Made by a program: the position numbers and the translations under genes. A stretch of DNA of 64,000 nt from assembly GCA_014874355.1 (NCBI GenBank), contig JACWAJ010000028.1, forward strand, positions 489 to 64,488, written 5' to 3'. A model generated the notes under the pieces. That model was given only the letters and a program-made list of their open reading frames with translations, searched no databases and had not been told where the DNA came from. The stretch comes from a bacterium. Lineage in GTDB: Bacteria; Chloroflexota; Dormibacteria; Aeolococcales; Aeolococcaceae. Positions 60,587 to 64,000 of this stretch are shown in pieces (position 1 is the first letter of the stretch; the number at the start of each line of letters is the position of its first letter).

Positions 60587-61579
60587 TTACCCTGTCAGCC
60601 CCTGGATCCCCGAATGGCCGGCGCGCGCCAGTGCCTGCGCGGCCATACCTTTGATGGCACCTACCGACGATGGCGTGGCCTCCTCTGCGGCGAACACCGC
60701 CAGGCTCAAGTAGCCGAGGCCCACATACCACTCGACCTGGCGCAGGTTGCGCTGGCTGCACACCATGTACTCATGGGTGACCGTCGAACGTGAGAAGAAT
60801 CCGTCATCACGGGTGAGTGCCGTCCAGGGCAGCCATGCCGTCACCGGCTCAGCATCGTCCTCCACCCATAGAGCCAGGAGCAGCCCCAGATCGCACAGCG
60901 GGTCTCCAACAGTGGCAAACTCCCACCCCAGCACCGCGGCAACCCGGCTGGGATCGTCCAAGGCGAAGACCAGATTGCGAAGGTGAAATGCTCCATGGAC
61001 GATGCCGGCTGGACATGCCGGCGGCAGCGAGGCGTACAGACGCCGCAACAATTCGTCGACCTCCGCGGACTCGATTCCAGCGGCACGCCAACGGCGATCC
61101 CAGCCGGCGACCAGGACTTCAAGCGGAGGCGCCGTGGCCGGATCCAATCCCACTTCCAGCGGGTCCATGGCATGCAACCGCACGAGGACATCGACAAGCG
61201 CCGCCGAAAGGTCGTGACGGGTTGCCGCCGTTCGTGGCAACGCCAGAGGCAGATGATCGAGCACCCGGTGCCCCTCCACGTACGTGACGACATCGAATGC
61301 CGTCGCATCTGCGGGGTCGACGGAAACCAGGGGAACCGGCACGGGAATGGGGCTCTCGGCCAGTTGGATCAGCAGCGCGTTCTCAGCAATCAGGCGGTCG
61401 AGCGCCGCGGCGCTACGCGGCTGCCGGACGATCCAGCGTTGCGCGCCGTCGGTGACAAGGTGGCGCCAGCGGGTACGACTGCCACTGCTGGATTCGACAC
61501 ACAAAGGCGTGGCAAGTTGCACGCGTGAGCCAAGGCGTCCCGACACGAGGCTGAGATCGAGCGTCGGGGGAACCTTCAT
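60587..61579 (-). CDS. APH/ChoK-like phosphotransferase-fold protein lacking both catalytic Asp (predicted pseudokinase)
   Basis: HGAFHLRN replaces HxDxxxxN, and LGWEFATVGDP replaces iDWE..GDP. Confidence 0.55.
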   Translation of the reverse strand: MKVPPTLDLSLVSGRLGSRVQLATPLCVESSSGSRTRWRHLVTDGAQRWIVRQPRSAAALDRLIAENALLIQLAESPIPVPVPLVSVDPADATAFDVVTYVEGHRVLDHLPLALPRTAATRHDLSAALVDVLVRLHAMDPLEVGLDPATAPPLEVLVAGWDRRWRAAGIESAEVDELLRRLYASLPPACPAGIVHGAFHLRNLVFALDDPSRVAAVLGWEFATVGDPLCDLGLLLALWVEDDAEPVTAWLPWTALTRDDGFFSRSTVTHEYMVCSQRNLRQVEWYVGLGYLSLAVFAAEEATPSSVGAIKGMAAQALARAGHSGIQGLTG

Positions 61580-61603
61580 GTCCGGTGACTGCCGCGACCG
61601 GCC

Positions 61604-63445
61604 CTAGGAGCCTGTCTCAGCCAAGTCGATCCAGCGATCAATCTGGGCAAACGCGGGCTCCACCCACTGAGGATCGGTGATATCGATCCCCATCGCCCCC
61701 AGCAGTTCCGCCGGGCTCTTCGAGCCGCCAGCCTCCAACATTGCCAGGTACTTGGGCACAAACGCCGGCCCCTCGCTCTGGTACTTGGCATACAGCGCCA
61801 GCGATGCGAGGTGCGCGAAGGAGTACGAGTAGGTGTAGAAACGCGTGTCGATGAAGTGAGGAATGTAGGACCAGCCCATTTTGTATCCGGCGGGCAGTTC
61901 CATCGTGTTCCCGTAGTACTTCTGGTTTTGTGTTAGCCAGAATGCGGAGAGACGGTCGCCGTCGAGAGCCTGGCCCCCTTCCTTGGCGGCATACGCCAAC
62001 TGCTCGTAGCGGGCCATCATGGTCTGGCGGAAGATGGTGGCGCAGGATTCCTCGATGCGGCTGCTGACCAGCGCACGGAGCGCGGTCGGATCCTTCTCCC
62101 GCTTCAGGAGGGTATCGAAGAGAACCATCTCATTGAAGGTAGACGCAACTTCAGCCATTGCCATGCCGGTATCACAACTGAACGGCGACTGCTTCTTGGC
62201 AGCCAGCGTGAAGTGAAGCCCGTGGCCCAACTCGTGGGCCAGGGTTTCGGCATCCTGGATGGTGTCGGTGAAGTTCATCAACACCATCGGTTTGCGATCC
62301 TGCGCCACCCCAGAGCAGAAGGCGCCGCCACGTTTGCCCTGACGTGGCTCGGCATCGATCCGGCGATCCGTGAAGAAGTCACGCAGAATCGCCTCTACGC
62401 GACTGGAGAAGCGACGCATGGACCCCAGCACCAGGTCGCGGGCCTCGTTGAAATCACTCTTGGGAGAGGCCCCAAGGGGTGCATACTGATCGGCCAGGTG
62501 GAGCTTGGGCTGGCCCATCAGCTTGGCCTTGAGCCGGAAGTAGCGCTGTGCAGTCGGATAGTGGTTCTCGACCGCTCCGATCATGGTGTCCACAACCGCA
62601 TCGTCGAGGTCGTTACTGCGATTGGCCGGCTGCATCGGCGCGGCCTTGGAGTCCGGCTCCGGCGTGACGTAGTGCCGCATCCTGTCCATGGCAAGACGGT
62701 CACCCACGAGCGAGTCGTAGCACTTGGCGAGCACCGGCGTCCAAGGCTCGAGCGCCGCATACACCGTGTCGAGCGCCCGGCGTCGCACGTCAGGACGGCC
62801 GTCATGCACGTACGCCAGCAGTTCATCGATCGTGTGCGGCGTGGCACCGGTGCCCGGATCGAAGGGCACGGAGATCGCCGACAGCGTCTCCCCGAACAAT
62901 GACTGCCAGGCCGAGACGGCACTCGTGGAACGCTCCGCCAGCGCCTCCTCCTTGTCGGCACTCAGTGTGTGGCTCGCCTCCTCGGTGAGTTGCTCCAGGT
63001 AGTGCTGGTCCCGGCGCAAAGCCGGCGACTTGGCCAGATCCGCGGCACGTTGCGATGGCAGCGCCTTCCATTCCAATTCAAAGAAGCGCAACGAGTTCGA
63101 GAACTCCACCCCCGCCCGGTCCAGTGCGGTCTCGAGATCCTTGTTCTCAGCGAGCCGGCTGTCGGTTGACGTACGCAGACTGATGTACCCGGCCGTCGCC
63201 CCGAAATGGTTGCAGATTTCGCCGAGTTCCCTCATGGCCGTGGCGATCCCGACGGCGTCGAGTCCCCCTACCTTGCCCTGGTAGCGCGTCTGGAAGGCGG
63301 CAGCGGCACGCAACTCATCGGCAAGCGCAGCACGAGCCTCAGCGGCGTTCTTGTGGAGGTGGTCGAGATTCCAGCGTACCCCGTTCGCCTTCACCAAGGC
63401 GGGACCGGACGGACGCGGACGGGAGGGGGTTACATCGAAGTCCAT
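61604..63445 (-). CDS. pepF: M3-family oligoendopeptidase F
   Basis: Zn motif HELGHGLH; length and C-terminal region typical of PepF. Confidence 0.85.
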   Translation of the reverse strand: MDFDVTPSRPRPSGPALVKANGVRWNLDHLHKNAAEARAALADELRAAAAFQTRYQGKVGGLDAVGIATAMRELGEICNHFGATAGYISLRTSTDSRLAENKDLETALDRAGVEFSNSLRFFELEWKALPSQRAADLAKSPALRRDQHYLEQLTEEASHTLSADKEEALAERSTSAVSAWQSLFGETLSAISVPFDPGTGATPHTIDELLAYVHDGRPDVRRRALDTVYAALEPWTPVLAKCYDSLVGDRLAMDRMRHYVTPEPDSKAAPMQPANRSNDLDDAVVDTMIGAVENHYPTAQRYFRLKAKLMGQPKLHLADQYAPLGASPKSDFNEARDLVLGSMRRFSSRVEAILRDFFTDRRIDAEPRQGKRGGAFCSGVAQDRKPMVLMNFTDTIQDAETLAHELGHGLHFTLAAKKQSPFSCDTGMAMAEVASTFNEMVLFDTLLKREKDPTALRALVSSRIEESCATIFRQTMMARYEQLAYAAKEGGQALDGDRLSAFWLTQNQKYYGNTMELPAGYKMGWSYIPHFIDTRFYTYSYSFAHLASLALYAKYQSEGPAFVPKYLAMLEAGGSKSPAELLGAMGIDITDPQWVEPAFAQIDRWIDLAETGS

Positions 63446-63485
63446 GGCGGCATGCTACCGGGTTGAAAGGGATATCGGGGGGACA

Positions 63486-64000
63486 TTAGCCCAAGCGACG
63501 GGCCCGGAGCGCAGCCAGTTGCTCGACTTCGCCGCCGCTGCCCGAGTAGCGCAGCAGCTCGGGTGGCCGGCCGCCCGTTCCGATCTGGGAGCGGAAGCGC
63601 GGGACGCGCAGGCGCAGCGCCGCCACCTCGGAGGTGCGGACGGGCTTCAACACCCCGTTGTCCCGGAGTTCCTGGACACGACGCCTGAAGGTGCGTTCGC
63701 TGCCCTCGGGACCACCGTGAAGCGCCATATGCACGCACAGCAGATCGTCGCCTGTGAACACATCTCCGATCAGCCCCACAGCGCCGGCCAGGTGGCGGGT
63801 ATCCCCCCGCAGCTTTTCGTATGCCGTCTTGAGCGCATCGCCGTAGGGCCTATCGAGGCGCACACTGCGTCCAACCGGGATCCACGATGCGGGCTTGGCG
63901 ATGTCGGTGTACGGAGCGGTTGCGTAGTACCAAACCGTCAGGGTGCGCGCTCGCGCCGGCGAATCGTCGAAGCCGACAATATGCAGCCGGCTGCCGACCT
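63486..64000 (-). CDS. hypothetical protein, 5' end beyond the window
   Basis: The open frame continues upstream to the window edge without a stop. Confidence 0.3.
   Translation of the reverse strand, partial: VGSRLHIVGFDDSPARARTLTVWYYATAPYTDIAKPASWIPVGRSVRLDRPYGDALKTAYEKLRGDTRHLAGAVGLIGDVFTGDDLLCVHMALHGGPEGSERTFRRRVQELRDNGVLKPVRTSEVAALRLRVPRFRSQIGTGGRPPELLRYSGSGGEVEQLAALRARRLG

Overview
High-GC (about 68-70%) chromosomal window whose gene order matches the Actinobacteria pattern: whiA-gap-pgk-tpiA, and alr-tsaE-tsaB-rimI-tsaD-groES as in Mycobacterium. Most of it is housekeeping: glycolysis (gap, pgk, tpiA, gpmI, fbaB), cell wall (murA, glmS, alr, nagA, CHAP hydrolase), DNA repair (uvrC, ligA, a UvrD/PcrA helicase), tRNA modification (tsaBDE), secG, groES, thyX-like and two tRNAs (Leu-CAG, Pro-TGG). 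Interleaved accessory or unusual items: (i) a 366-aa intein inside helicase motif III of UvrD/PcrA; (ii) a roughly 4-kb islet flanked by perfect 29-bp direct repeats, carrying a reversed-order RelE/ParE-Phd pair, a two-component system and gene fragments; (iii) a 34-bp patch copied from the islet's SRPBCC gene sitting at the break point of a frameshifted DUF218 gene; (iv) a K+ module next to tRNA-Pro (DUF4118/KdpD-C-terminal-like kinase, KdpE-like regulator, PRC-barrel ORF, KimA-family K+ transporter) ending in a primase CHC2 zinc-finger remnant; (v) a cdaA-cdaR c-di-AMP cyclase pair upstream of glmS; (vi) an envelope operon MarP-like protease / about 690-aa YVTN beta-propeller lipoprotein / HtrA; (vii) a stand-alone RapZ C-terminal-domain gene fused in position to whiA; (viii) an APH-like pseudokinase and a GH63-like domain in the same frame separated by one TAA; (ix) a recurring TTAGAGCCTATCCG motif just after the stop codons of three genes. 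All calls rest on reading the six-frame translations and the raw sequence; no database search was run.
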